A stretch of DNA of 64,000 nucleotides from Desulfatiglandales bacterium (GTDB lineage: Bacteria > Desulfobacterota > DSM-4660 > Desulfatiglandales > B25-G16), in contig DATKZQ010000199.1 of NCBI GenBank assembly GCA_035527895.1, positions 944 to 64,943 on the forward strand, given 5' to 3'. Both the position numbers and the translations under genes were made by a program. Under the pieces are notes generated by a model. That model did not search any database. It had not been told where the DNA came from and saw only the letters and a program-made list of their open reading frames with translations. Of this stretch, positions 44,783 to 54,546 are shown one piece after another (position 1 is the first letter of the stretch; every line of letters begins with the position of its first letter).

Positions 44783-45556
44783 ATGAAAAAACCGTATTCA
44801 CTGTTCGACGTAAGCGGTAAGGTTGCACTCATCACCGGGGCTACCGGAGGCTTCGGTCATACAGCATCATTAGGGCTGGCACAAGCCGGTGCGAAGATTA
44901 TGGCCACCGGGCGAACCAAGGAAACCCTTAAACCCTTGGTAGATGAAATAACCAAAGCCGGCGGCGTAGCCGCCTATTCCCCTGGCTCTCCAATTGATCA
45001 TGGCGATGTAAAGCGAGTAGTCAAGGATACTGTCAATGAATTCGGGGGCATCGATATCTTAATTACTGCGGCAGGTGTTAACAAACCAAATCCCATTGTT
45101 GAACAGCCCCTGGAAGAATGGGATATGATCATGGGCGCCAATGTCAAAGGGACTTGGCTGTACTGCAAAGAGGTCGGGAAGGTAATGATCGAGCAAGGGA
45201 GGGGCGGTAAGGTGATCCTTTTGGGATCGGCGCGCGGCGAGCTGGGCATGGCCAACTATACCGGATACAGCCCATCCAAAGGTGCGGTCCATCTTTTAGC
45301 AAAATCACTGGGATGCGAATGGGGCCAGTACGGTATTAATGTCAACGCTATCGCGCCCACAGTATTTCGGACGGCCTTGACACAATGGATGTTTGACGAT
45401 GATGCGTTCTACAAGAACTTCTTGAGACGCATCCCCATCGGGAGGTTGGGAGAGCCGGAGGATTTTATTGGGACGGTTATTTATCTGTCTTCAAAGGCAT
45501 CCGACTTTTTGACCGGGGCCATTATTTGCGCAGACGGCGGTTACACCGCAGGGTAG
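44783..45556 (+). CDS. SDR-family oxidoreductase; candidate phloroglucinol reductase
   Basis: TGATGGFG cofactor motif, NAAG-like ITAAG, and catalytic Y-x3-K (YSPSK). The assignment to phloroglucinol reductase is by context only. Confidence 0.7.
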   Translation: MKKPYSLFDVSGKVALITGATGGFGHTASLGLAQAGAKIMATGRTKETLKPLVDEITKAGGVAAYSPGSPIDHGDVKRVVKDTVNEFGGIDILITAAGVNKPNPIVEQPLEEWDMIMGANVKGTWLYCKEVGKVMIEQGRGGKVILLGSARGELGMANYTGYSPSKGAVHLLAKSLGCEWGQYGINVNAIAPTVFRTALTQWMFDDDAFYKNFLRRIPIGRLGEPEDFIGTVIYLSSKASDFLTGAIICADGGYTAG

Positions 45557-45564
45557 GGGGGCAT

Positions 45565-46509
45565 ATGTCTAAAATAGAAAATATTGCCGTCATCGGTGCT
45601 GGGCTGATGGGACATGGGATAGCCCAGGTTTTCGCCTGTTCCGGTCATCCTGTATGGCTTGTTGATACTGACGAAGGTATACTGAAACAGGCCAAAGGAC
45701 AGGTCGCCAAGAACCTGAGTCAGATGGTTCAACACGGCATCAATTTCAAGGACGACGTCACCAAAATTGTTGAGCGGATCAGCACTACCACAAAGTCAGC
45801 TCCTGCATGCGAAGGGTGTGATTTCGTCATAGAGGCCGTTTACGAAAATCTGGAGCTGAAGCAGCAGGTCTTTGCCGATCTCGACAGGTTCTGTCAAGGC
45901 GATACCATCCTGTGCAGCAATACTTCGGTTATAGCAATCACGGAAATTGCCGAAGGTGCGACAAGAAGAGAACGCATTGTGGGAACCCACTGGTGGAATC
46001 CGCCATACCTGATTCCCCTCGTCGAGGTTGTTCGTGCTCGAGATACTGCGGACTGGTGTATCGACGCAACCTATGATCTTCTCAAGCGAGTTGGCAAGCA
46101 CCCGGTGCGTGTTAACAAGGACGTTCCCGGATTTGTCGGAAACAGGTTACAGCATGCCCTCTGGCGAGAGGCATTTGCAATTGTCGATGATGAAATCTGT
46201 GACCCTGCAACCGTTGACGAGGTTATCCGCAAGGGTTTTGGTCTGCGCCTGCCTACTCTTGGCCCGGTCGAAAACGCCGATATGGTTGGTCTTGACCTCA
46301 CCCTAGCCATACATGACTACATTTTGAAATACTTGAACGCCAGCCCAACTCCTTCCACTACCCTTAGATCACGGGTGGAGCACAAGGATTTAGGTTTCAA
46401 GACCGGGAAAGGCTTTCAGAACTGGTCTGAGGCGCAAATCACTGCATCCAGACAGAGATTAACGAACTATCTCATGAAGGTAATGGCTGAGGAGATGAAC
46501 AGGACCTAG
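45565..46509 (+). CDS. 3-hydroxyacyl-CoA-dehydrogenase-family NAD-dependent dehydrogenase; candidate 3-hydroxy-5-oxohexanoate dehydrogenase
   Basis: IAVIGAGLMGHGIAQVF Rossmann motif, ...NTS..., HWWNPP, GFVGNRL. It is paired with a BKACE gene, as in other beta-keto-acid cleavage pathways. Confidence 0.7.
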   Translation: MSKIENIAVIGAGLMGHGIAQVFACSGHPVWLVDTDEGILKQAKGQVAKNLSQMVQHGINFKDDVTKIVERISTTTKSAPACEGCDFVIEAVYENLELKQQVFADLDRFCQGDTILCSNTSVIAITEIAEGATRRERIVGTHWWNPPYLIPLVEVVRARDTADWCIDATYDLLKRVGKHPVRVNKDVPGFVGNRLQHALWREAFAIVDDEICDPATVDEVIRKGFGLRLPTLGPVENADMVGLDLTLAIHDYILKYLNASPTPSTTLRSRVEHKDLGFKTGKGFQNWSEAQITASRQRLTNYLMKVMAEEMNRT

Positions 46510-46600
46510 AGTTTTTTTCCGATAACTCAGGCTAATGGATTCTTGCCGTTCATCCCTTTCACATTGGACTATTAGGACTCCCATTGGTAAAGGAGACTCT

Positions 46601-47428
46601 ATGGAAAAACTGATTATAACTGTTGCACCAACCGGGGCGTGGCCTACAAAAAAGGATACACCATATGTACCGACACAGCCCAAGGAGATCGCTGATGAGG
46701 TCTATAACTGCTGGAAAGCAGGCGCCTCAATAGCGCACATCCACGTAAGAGAAGACGATGAATCGGCTTCGATGAACTTTGAAAAATTCAAGGAGACAGT
46801 GGGGCTGATTCGGGAAAAGAAGGATTGCGATATTATTCTTAACCTGACAACCTCCGGAGGCATAGGGTTAACCGATGAAGAACGTATGAGGCCCTTTATG
46901 GAACTCAAACCGGAAATGGCCTCCTTTGATGCCGGAACCATGAACTGGCAGCATAGAACGGTGTTCGAAAATAGGCCCGATTTCTTGGAGAAATTGGCCC
47001 GGACCCAGAAAGAACACAATGTAAAGCCTGAACTCGAAATATTCGATGCCGGCATGTTATATAACACCCTCTATCTGGTGGAAAAAGGCTTCTTGGAATC
47101 CCCCCTCCACTATCAATTTTGTCTGGGAGTCCCGGGAGGCACTGCTGCCACTGTTGAGAACTTCATGCACATGAAGAGCATACTTCCGGATGGGGCTACC
47201 TTTTCGGCCTTTGCCGTAGGACGAATGCATCTGAGCATTCTCTTTATGACAATCGTTACCGGTGGACACATGCGGGTAGGAATGGAAGATAATGTGTATA
47301 TGGCCAAGGGTGTGCCGGCCAAATCGAATGTGGAATTCGTTGACAGGGTGCAGCGGATCGCCAGGGAGTTTCAGCGGGAGATCGCAACGCCAGCCGAGGC
47401 CCGTAAGATACTGGGATTAAAAGACTAG
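46601..47428 (+). CDS. BKACE (DUF849) beta-keto-acid cleavage enzyme; candidate triacetate acetoacetate-lyase
   Basis: LIITVAPTGAW...P.T..EIA......AGASI.H.H.R matches the 3-keto-5-aminohexanoate cleavage enzyme family signature. Confidence 0.7.
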   Translation: MEKLIITVAPTGAWPTKKDTPYVPTQPKEIADEVYNCWKAGASIAHIHVREDDESASMNFEKFKETVGLIREKKDCDIILNLTTSGGIGLTDEERMRPFMELKPEMASFDAGTMNWQHRTVFENRPDFLEKLARTQKEHNVKPELEIFDAGMLYNTLYLVEKGFLESPLHYQFCLGVPGGTAATVENFMHMKSILPDGATFSAFAVGRMHLSILFMTIVTGGHMRVGMEDNVYMAKGVPAKSNVEFVDRVQRIAREFQREIATPAEARKILGLKD

Positions 47429-47587
47429 AAGCTGCTCGTACCCTTAAAGGCGTCATTCATAACATGAAATGAGGTATGGGTAGAAGGTTGGGAGGCTGCC
47501 TGGATAGTACCCTGAGTATACCAACAACCACTGTCATAATTAAAGCGAGGGCTTTATGAGACCTAAGAAAAATGGTTGGAGGTGAAG

Positions 47588-50500
47588 ATGAAATACGTTT
47601 TAGGCCGTCTGCTTCATAACGTTCTATTCCTTTTTTCCAAGACTTCTCGTCTGTCTTCTTTCGTGACAGTCACGGCCGATCAAGTTCTGACGTTCTTGTG
47701 TAGATCACGAACCCTCTCCAGGTACTTAGGTTCCCTAATCTTGTGGGTCGTGGCCCTTCTGATCAGGGTTTCAGCAATGCTACATCCCGCTTTTAAGGAA
47801 CGCCTCAGAGAAAAAAACTTTACCGCTCAGATCAAAACCAATGACCGTGCCTTGGCGAGATCCTACACCTTTGAAGACGGAAAGCTCATTTCCCGCCCAG
47901 GCATCCACCCCAACCCGGATGTGACCATTACCTACCGGAGTGCCGGTTTGGTCGTCAAGTTGGTCGTCCCTTGGAGGGATCAACTGGAACAGGTCAATGC
48001 CATGAAAAATTTTCAACTTGGCCTGGAAGGTCCTGATGAGTTAACCATGTGGTTCATGGAAACTCTGAGCCTTATGCTGTCGGCGGGTCTGGAGTATGGA
48101 ACGGCCGCTGGAAACGGAGTTAAAAGGTATACGAGCAACACCAACGGCGGGCCGGTCTTCGTGTACGTGAAGGACGGCAAGATCGTACGCATCACCCCCA
48201 TTGAATTCGATGAGAGTGACGCTCAGCCCTGGACCATTGAGGCCAGGGGGAAAAGCTTTACCCCTCCCCGCAGAACAACGGTCTCCCCCCATACGCTAGC
48301 CTGGAAATCGATGGTCTATTCACCGGACCGGCTGCTCTATCCCATGAAACGGATCGATTTCGACCCTAACGGCGAACGAAATTGCCAGAACAGGGGGATA
48401 TCCGGATATGAACGGGTCAGCTGGGATGAGGCAACGGATCTTGTTGCTAACGAGATCAAGCGAGTGAAAAGGGACTTTGGCCCAGGTGCCATTATGAATG
48501 GCAGTGGGTCTCACCATACCTGGGGTATTTTAGGCTACTGGTTGAGCGCAAGGCTCCGCTTTTTTAACTCTATCGGCTTTACGCCCGTCGTCCATAATCC
48601 CGACAGCTGGGAGGGGTGGTACTGGGGTGCCATGCATCACTGGGGTTACAGCATGCGTCTCGGCGCTCCTGAATCCTACGGCACCGTCGAGGACTCCCTC
48701 AAGAATTGCGAAATGGTGGTGTTCTGGTCCAGCGATCCGGAGGCAACGAGCGGGGTATACGGTGCATTTGAAGGGACCGTGCGCCGCCAATGGCTTAAGG
48801 AACTGGGAATCACAATGGTACATATCGATCCATTCTACAATCATACGGCGGCTTTGCTCGGCGGCAAGTGGTTGGCCCCCAGGCCGGCAACGGGCAATGC
48901 CCTGGCCCTTGCCATCGCCTATGTCTGGATCACCGAAGACCTCTATGACAAGGAATATGTGGCACAGCGGACCCTCGGGTTTGACAAATGGAAGGACTAT
49001 ATCCTGGGCAAGGAAGACGGCATGCCAAAAACGCCGGAGTGGCAGGAACAGGAGGCAGGCATCCCTGCAAAAGACGTCAGGGCTTTGGCTCGAGAGTGGG
49101 GAACAAAAAGGACCTACCTGGCTGCAGGAGGGATAACCGGTTTTGGCAGCGCCTGCCGGTGTGCAACCGGAAATGAGTGGGCCCGGTCAATGGTTTGCCT
49201 GATGGCCATGCAGGGCTTGGGGAAACCGGGCGTCAATATGGGGGGCATGCAGCAGGGGACTCCTGTGGACACCAGTTTCTTCTTTCCGGGCTATGCAGAG
49301 GGTGGACTATCCGGCGACATAGAGGGTACGGCGCTGGCCGTCAATATGTACCAGAGGATGCCTCAGCTCGCTACGGTAAATACCGTTTATCAGCGGGTCC
49401 CACGGCTGCGTATTCCCGAAGCGATCCTGGACGGCAGCACCTTTGGCTATCCCACCGACTCCAAGACTATTGAAGGCCAGTTCTTGAAGTTTGATTATCC
49501 TGCCCCAGGCAATGCGCCAATCAAGATGTACTACAAGTATGGGGGCTCTCATTTCGGCACCATGAGCGAGACAAACCGTTACGTCAAGGCGTACCGCTCC
49601 CCCAATCTGGAGTTTGCAGTGAATCAGTCCATCTGGTTTGAAGGCGAGGCCAAGTTTGCCGATATCCTCTTGCCTGCCTGTACCAGTTTCGAGCGCTGGG
49701 ATATCAGCGAATTCGCCAACTGCGGCGGCTATATACAGCACAGCTTCAACCAATGCAATCATCGGGTCATGGTTATGCAGCACAAGTGTATCGAGCCCTT
49801 AGGGGAGTCGAAGTCGGACTTCCAGATCTTCCTGGAGGTTGCCAAAAAGCTGGGGCTCGGGGCTCCCTTTTCCGAAGGGGTGACTGAATTAGACTGGTGT
49901 AAACGGCTGTTCGACGCCACCGATCTGCCCACGGTCATTTCATGGAAACAGTTCCTTAAGAAGGGCTACTACGTCGTCCCCTCTCCCAAGCAGGAGTTCA
50001 GGGATCCGGTATCCTTTCGATGGTACGCTGAAGACCGGCCCAAGGACACACCGGAGCTGGCACCCCTGCCGGCGGATTACACTGAACAATTCGGCAAGGG
50101 ACTCCAGACCCAATCGGGCAAGATAGAGTTCGAATGCTCGAGCCTGAAACGGTTTGACCCGAATGACCCGGAGCGACCCACCATGACCAAGTATATTCCC
50201 TCGTGGGAGGGTCACCATACTACCGAGCTCTACGAAAAGTACCCGCTCCAGTTGATTTCTCCCCATCCCCGGTTCAGCTTTCACACCATGGGGGATGCCA
50301 AGGACAGTGTCATTAACGATGTGAAAGACCACCGGGTGTTGATAGACGGGTACTACTACTGGATCGTGCGGATCAACTCCAAAGACGCCCAAGCGCGGGC
50401 CATCAGGGAGAACGACCTGGTCAAGGTCTTCAACGACCGGGGGGCGGTCATCTGCACCGCCCAGGTCACCGAACGGGTCCCGCCGGGAACGGTGCACTCG

Positions 50501-50677
50501 TATGAATCGTCTGCCATCTACGATCCAGTCGGAGAACCCGGTCATTCCGCCGACCGGGGCGGGTGCATCAACCAGTTGACCCCGAGCAGGATGATGATTA
50601 AACAATCCCACAGCATGGCCGCCAACTCCTGCCTCGTGGAGATCAGAACGTGGGAGGGAGAGGAGGGGATTGCATGA
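47588..50677 (+). CDS. Pyrogallol-phloroglucinol transhydroxylase large-subunit-like molybdopterin enzyme with an N-terminal TM plus SCP2-like extension
   Basis: From [20 protein letters not shown] onward it aligns along its length with the paralogue at 51964..54546 ([58 protein letters not shown]). The first ~165 aa have hydrophobic helices and FTAQIKT...YTFEDGKL...PDVTITY...[15 protein letters not shown] follows GGAGGTG. Confidence 0.8.
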   Translation: MKYVLGRLLHNVLFLFSKTSRLSSFVTVTADQVLTFLCRSRTLSRYLGSLILWVVALLIRVSAMLHPAFKERLREKNFTAQIKTNDRALARSYTFEDGKLISRPGIHPNPDVTITYRSAGLVVKLVVPWRDQLEQVNAMKNFQLGLEGPDELTMWFMETLSLMLSAGLEYGTAAGNGVKRYTSNTNGGPVFVYVKDGKIVRITPIEFDESDAQPWTIEARGKSFTPPRRTTVSPHTLAWKSMVYSPDRLLYPMKRIDFDPNGERNCQNRGISGYERVSWDEATDLVANEIKRVKRDFGPGAIMNGSGSHHTWGILGYWLSARLRFFNSIGFTPVVHNPDSWEGWYWGAMHHWGYSMRLGAPESYGTVEDSLKNCEMVVFWSSDPEATSGVYGAFEGTVRRQWLKELGITMVHIDPFYNHTAALLGGKWLAPRPATGNALALAIAYVWITEDLYDKEYVAQRTLGFDKWKDYILGKEDGMPKTPEWQEQEAGIPAKDVRALAREWGTKRTYLAAGGITGFGSACRCATGNEWARSMVCLMAMQGLGKPGVNMGGMQQGTPVDTSFFFPGYAEGGLSGDIEGTALAVNMYQRMPQLATVNTVYQRVPRLRIPEAILDGSTFGYPTDSKTIEGQFLKFDYPAPGNAPIKMYYKYGGSHFGTMSETNRYVKAYRSPNLEFAVNQSIWFEGEAKFADILLPACTSFERWDISEFANCGGYIQHSFNQCNHRVMVMQHKCIEPLGESKSDFQIFLEVAKKLGLGAPFSEGVTELDWCKRLFDATDLPTVISWKQFLKKGYYVVPSPKQEFRDPVSFRWYAEDRPKDTPELAPLPADYTEQFGKGLQTQSGKIEFECSSLKRFDPNDPERPTMTKYIPSWEGHHTTELYEKYPLQLISPHPRFSFHTMGDAKDSVINDVKDHRVLIDGYYYWIVRINSKDAQARAIRENDLVKVFNDRGAVICTAQVTERVPPGTVHSYESSAIYDPVGEPGHSADRGGCINQLTPSRMMIKQSHSMAANSCLVEIRTWEGEEGIA

Positions 50678-51510
50678 AAAAGTGGAACCTCATCATCGAT
50701 ATCGAGAAATGCGAGGACTGCAACAACTGCTTTCTGTCCTGCAAGGATGAACACGTGGACAATGCGTTTCAAGGCTACACAGCCCCCCAGGTGAAACACG
50801 GCCACCGGTGGGTGAATATCATGCGCAAGGAGCGGGGCCAGTTCCCCCAGATCGATGTGGCCTATCTGCCCGTCTTCTGCATGCACTGTGACAACGCCCC
50901 GTGCATCACGGCAGCAAAGGATGGCGCCGTGTACAAGCGAGACGACGGAATCGTGATCATCGACCCGGTAAAGGCGCAGGGTCAAAAGCACCTGGTGGAT
51001 GCCTGCCCTTATGGTGCCATCTGGTGGAATGAGGAGCACACTCTCCCCCAGAAGTGCACCCTCTGTGCCCACCTGTTGGATCAGGGCTGGAAGGAGCCAC
51101 GGTGTGTACAGGCCTGCCCCACCGGGGCCTTACGCATCGTCAAGGTCGAGGATGGGGAGATGCAGGAAATAGTCAAATCCGAAACCCTTGAAATCCTCCA
51201 TCCGGAGTACAACACCAGACCCCGTGTCTACTACAAGAACCTCTTTCGGTATACCCACTGCTTCATCGCCGGAAGCGTTGCCGTTGAAAAAGACGGCGTC
51301 AGCGACTGTGCCCAGGATGCCGCCGTGTCCCTGATCAAGGACTCGGAGAAAAGACAGACCACAACCGATACCTTTGGGGATTTTAGATTCGATGGTCTTC
51401 CGGAGAACAGCGGCACGTACCGTGTGGAGATCACCTATGAGGACCGAACGATGAAGACCCTTGCGGTGGAGGTAGACAAGAGCGTGAGCCTGGGCACGGT
51501 GTGGGTGTAA
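50674..51510 (+). CDS. Transhydroxylase small-subunit-like 4Fe-4S protein with a C-terminal beta-sandwich domain
   Basis: Cys clusters [20 protein letters not shown] and CTLCAHL...CVQACP. The C-terminal ~90 aa resemble a carboxypeptidase-regulatory-type fold. ATGA overlap with the alpha gene. Confidence 0.8.
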   Translation: MKKWNLIIDIEKCEDCNNCFLSCKDEHVDNAFQGYTAPQVKHGHRWVNIMRKERGQFPQIDVAYLPVFCMHCDNAPCITAAKDGAVYKRDDGIVIIDPVKAQGQKHLVDACPYGAIWWNEEHTLPQKCTLCAHLLDQGWKEPRCVQACPTGALRIVKVEDGEMQEIVKSETLEILHPEYNTRPRVYYKNLFRYTHCFIAGSVAVEKDGVSDCAQDAAVSLIKDSEKRQTTTDTFGDFRFDGLPENSGTYRVEITYEDRTMKTLAVEVDKSVSLGTVWV

Positions 51511-51615
51511 GGATCCCTAAACAGAAACTTTCGTAACACTTTAGCTCTTTGAAAAGGTGGGGCTCCTGTCCATTTGCTGATGCCCGGTGGCTATTCGTAA
51601 CCGAACCCAGGGGAC

Positions 51616-51798
51616 CGAGCATGGAGATATCTTTTTTTGCTCTGCCCTCTAAACAAGGCCCCGTACAGGGCCGTTTCAAACCGGCACACCGCCCCATAAG
51701 CCTTAGCACTAAGGTTGCAGCCTGTGTGCGCCGTTTTGAAACGCCCACTGCTCTGAACGATGGGAGGACAGAGACAAAAAAAGATATCCCCATGCTCG
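51616..51798. repeat. 183-bp long imperfect palindrome (MITE-like or structured RNA) between the two transhydroxylase pairs
   Basis: CGAGCATGGAGATATCTTTTTTTGCTCTGCCCTC... at the left pairs with ...GAGGACAGAGACAAAAAAAGATATCCCCATGCTCG at the right. An inner pairing is CGTTTCAAACCGGCACAC / GTGCGCCGTTTTGAAACG. Confidence 0.7.
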
Positions 51799-51963
51799 TG
51801 TTAAGATTAATTTCAAAGAGGTAAAGTGTTACAAACTTCCAAATATCCTACACTTGGTGGGCTGGCACTGCAGGACATGCCGCCTGGTCGGCAAAAAAAA
51901 GGAGGCTTGATATGAACACGAGAACGCCTCTGAACAAATGCTCTATTGAATAGGGGATGGGAC

Positions 51964-54546
51964 ATGGGAAAGGTAGAAAAGCTAACCAATGGCACAACAG
52001 GCGGGCCTGTGTTTGTCTACGTTCAGGACGGCAGAATAATGCGCATCACCCCCATGGAATTCGACAAAAGCGATGCTCCCTCTTGGGTAATCGAAGCAAG
52101 GGGTAAAAGGTTCTCTCCACCTCGAAAGACCACTCTCGCTCCCTACTCATTTGCCTGGCGTTCCTTAGTCTACTCGCCCAAGAGACTGCTTCACCCTCTC
52201 AAGCGCGTCGATTTTGATCCTGGCGGAAAACGAAACTGTACCAAGAGAGGAGAATCAGGATACGAGCGAATCAGCTGGGACGAGGCCGCGGATATTGTCA
52301 CCTCCGAAATCAAACGAATTAAGCGGGAGTATGGCCCGGCTGCTATCTTGAGCACCGCAAGTTCTCACCATCTGTGGGGACACCTGGGCTACCGTCACAG
52401 CGCCTATTTTAGGTTCATGAACCTCGTAGGCTACACCTACGCGGATCATAATCCCGATAGCTGGGAGGGGTGGCACTGGGGAGGCATGCACCAATGGGGA
52501 TTTAGCCACCGGCTGGGCATTCCCGAGCAGTATGATCTGTTGGAGGACGCGCTCAAGCATGCAGAAATGATCGTATTCTGGTCGAGCGACCCTGAGACTA
52601 CCCATGGAATCTATTCTGCATTTGAAAGTACCTGTCGCCGTCGATGGCTAAAGGATTTGGGAGTCAAGATGGTTTTTATCGACCCGTTTTATAATCACAC
52701 GGCCGGCATGTATGCAGACAAATGGTTTGCCCCGAGACCGGATACTGGTAATGCCATGGCCTGTGCCATCGCATTTGTGTGGATAACGGAAGATCTTTAC
52801 GACAAAGCCTATGTTGAGAGCAGAACGATCGGTTTTGACATGTGGAAGGACTACATCCTGGGCAAGGAAGACGGCATACCCAAGACGCCTGAGTGGGCAG
52901 AAGAAGAAAGCACCATCCCTGCTAGAGAAATCAAAGCCCTGGCTAGAGAATGGGCCTCCAAGAAGACCATGCTGGCTGCAGGCGGCCTCGGAGGCTGGGG
53001 AGGTGCGTGTAGGTCCGCAACGGGAACAGATTGGGCCCGCCTTATGATCAGTTTGGCAGCAATGCAGGGCTTAGGAAAACCGGGCAGTAACATCTGGGGA
53101 ACAACCCAGGGAGCGCCCCACAACTCAGATTTTCTCTTTCCTGGCTATACCGAGGGAGGGATGTCTGGCGACGTGGACAACTCAGCAGCCGGTTTTCGTT
53201 GGGTCTACCGCATGCACAGAAAGCCCACCCGTTCGAATATTAACACCCCTATGGGCCAGCACATCCCCAGACTCAAGATCCCGGAATGCATTCTAGACGG
53301 TAAGTTCCAGTGGCGAGGAAAGGGATTCTGTGGTCAATCAATCGAGGCCCAGTTCCATAAATACAAATACCCGGCGGACGGGTATCCGGAGATTCAGATG
53401 TACTACCGATACGGTGGCTCTTTTATCGGCACCATGAATGAAACCAATCGGTATGTGAGGGCCTACAGGACCGAAAGACTGCCCTTTGCGGTAAACCAGT
53501 CCATCTGGTTTGAAGGTGAGGCCAAGTTTGCCGACATCATTCTGCCCGCATGCACCAACTTTGAGCGGTGGGATATTAGCGAATTCGCCGGCTGTCATGG
53601 ATATATTCCTGATAGCACCTCTCAGGTCAACCATAGGGTCATCACCTTGCAGAAAAAATGCATTGAACCATTGGGAGAATCGAAATCAGATTACGAGATC
53701 TTCACCTTCTTGGCTAAGAAATTAGGGTTCTCAGAGGTTTACACCGAAGGCGGCCTGAGCGAACTCGATTGGGCGAAGAGGATGTTTGACGCAAGCGATC
53801 TGCCCGATTATATCTCGTGGGATGATTTTTTCGAGAAGGGCTATTTTGTGGTTCCCATGCCGGATGACTACAAGGCAACGCCGGCCCTGAGATGGTTTGC
53901 CGAGGACAGGAAAAGGGACACACCAGACTGGGGACCTCATCCCGAATGCCAGGAAGAATTCGGTAAGGGCCTTCAGACAACCTCAGGGCTTATCGAGTTT
54001 GAGTCTTCCAGCCTCAGGAAATTCGACCCAGGCGATGAGGAGCGGCCCCTCATACCCAAATACATCCCCTCCTGGGAGGGGCACCATACCGCCAGGCTCT
54101 ACAGCAAGTACCCGTTGCAGTTGATATCTCCCCATCCCCGGTTCAGCTTCCACACCATGGGTGATGCCAAGGAGAGCTGGGTAAATGAGATTAAGGACCA
54201 TCGGGTCTTAAAGGAAGACGGCTATTACTACTGGATCATACGGATTAACTCGAAGGATGCCAAAGAGCGGGGAATCAAAGAGAACGATCTGGTCAAGGTA
54301 TTCAATGACCGGGGCGCTGTGATCTGCGCAGCCCAGGTCACCGAACGGGTTCCTCCTGGCACGGTTCACTCCTATGAGTCCAGTGCAGACTATGATCCTA
54401 TGGGTAAACCGGGAGAATCAACGGATCGAAATGGATGTATCAATCTGCTAACGCCAAGCCGTTACATAACGAAAAATTCCTGCGGCCAGGCACCGAACTC
54501 ATGTCTCGTACAAATAGAAAAATGGAAGGGGGAGAGCAGAAAATGA
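51964..54546 (+). CDS. Pyrogallol-phloroglucinol transhydroxylase large subunit-like molybdopterin enzyme (AthL-like, canonical length)
   Basis: [30 protein letters not shown]..., [44 protein letters not shown]. This closely matches my recollection of the Pelobacter acidigallici alpha subunit. Confidence 0.85.
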   Translation: MGKVEKLTNGTTGGPVFVYVQDGRIMRITPMEFDKSDAPSWVIEARGKRFSPPRKTTLAPYSFAWRSLVYSPKRLLHPLKRVDFDPGGKRNCTKRGESGYERISWDEAADIVTSEIKRIKREYGPAAILSTASSHHLWGHLGYRHSAYFRFMNLVGYTYADHNPDSWEGWHWGGMHQWGFSHRLGIPEQYDLLEDALKHAEMIVFWSSDPETTHGIYSAFESTCRRRWLKDLGVKMVFIDPFYNHTAGMYADKWFAPRPDTGNAMACAIAFVWITEDLYDKAYVESRTIGFDMWKDYILGKEDGIPKTPEWAEEESTIPAREIKALAREWASKKTMLAAGGLGGWGGACRSATGTDWARLMISLAAMQGLGKPGSNIWGTTQGAPHNSDFLFPGYTEGGMSGDVDNSAAGFRWVYRMHRKPTRSNINTPMGQHIPRLKIPECILDGKFQWRGKGFCGQSIEAQFHKYKYPADGYPEIQMYYRYGGSFIGTMNETNRYVRAYRTERLPFAVNQSIWFEGEAKFADIILPACTNFERWDISEFAGCHGYIPDSTSQVNHRVITLQKKCIEPLGESKSDYEIFTFLAKKLGFSEVYTEGGLSELDWAKRMFDASDLPDYISWDDFFEKGYFVVPMPDDYKATPALRWFAEDRKRDTPDWGPHPECQEEFGKGLQTTSGLIEFESSSLRKFDPGDEERPLIPKYIPSWEGHHTARLYSKYPLQLISPHPRFSFHTMGDAKESWVNEIKDHRVLKEDGYYYWIIRINSKDAKERGIKENDLVKVFNDRGAVICAAQVTERVPPGTVHSYESSADYDPMGKPGESTDRNGCINLLTPSRYITKNSCGQAPNSCLVQIEKWKGESRK

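Noticed and set aside
49940-51072. 223-aa and 176-aa minus-strand ORFs, and similar ones at 49307..49783, 52255..52605 and 58975..59916
   Set aside because: All are antisense to the strongly supported molybdoenzyme and FeS subunit genes. None shows a motif.
47576-51963. Upstream-extended starts given by the ORF track (47576, 50650, 51946; likewise 54435, 45526, 46535, 44218, 44765, 42689, 25942, 23078, 57477)
   Set aside because: The extensions begin at TTG or weak codons or overlap the preceding gene. Downstream ATGs with good RBSs or ATGA coupling, and alignment between paralogues, support the shorter starts used in the feature list.
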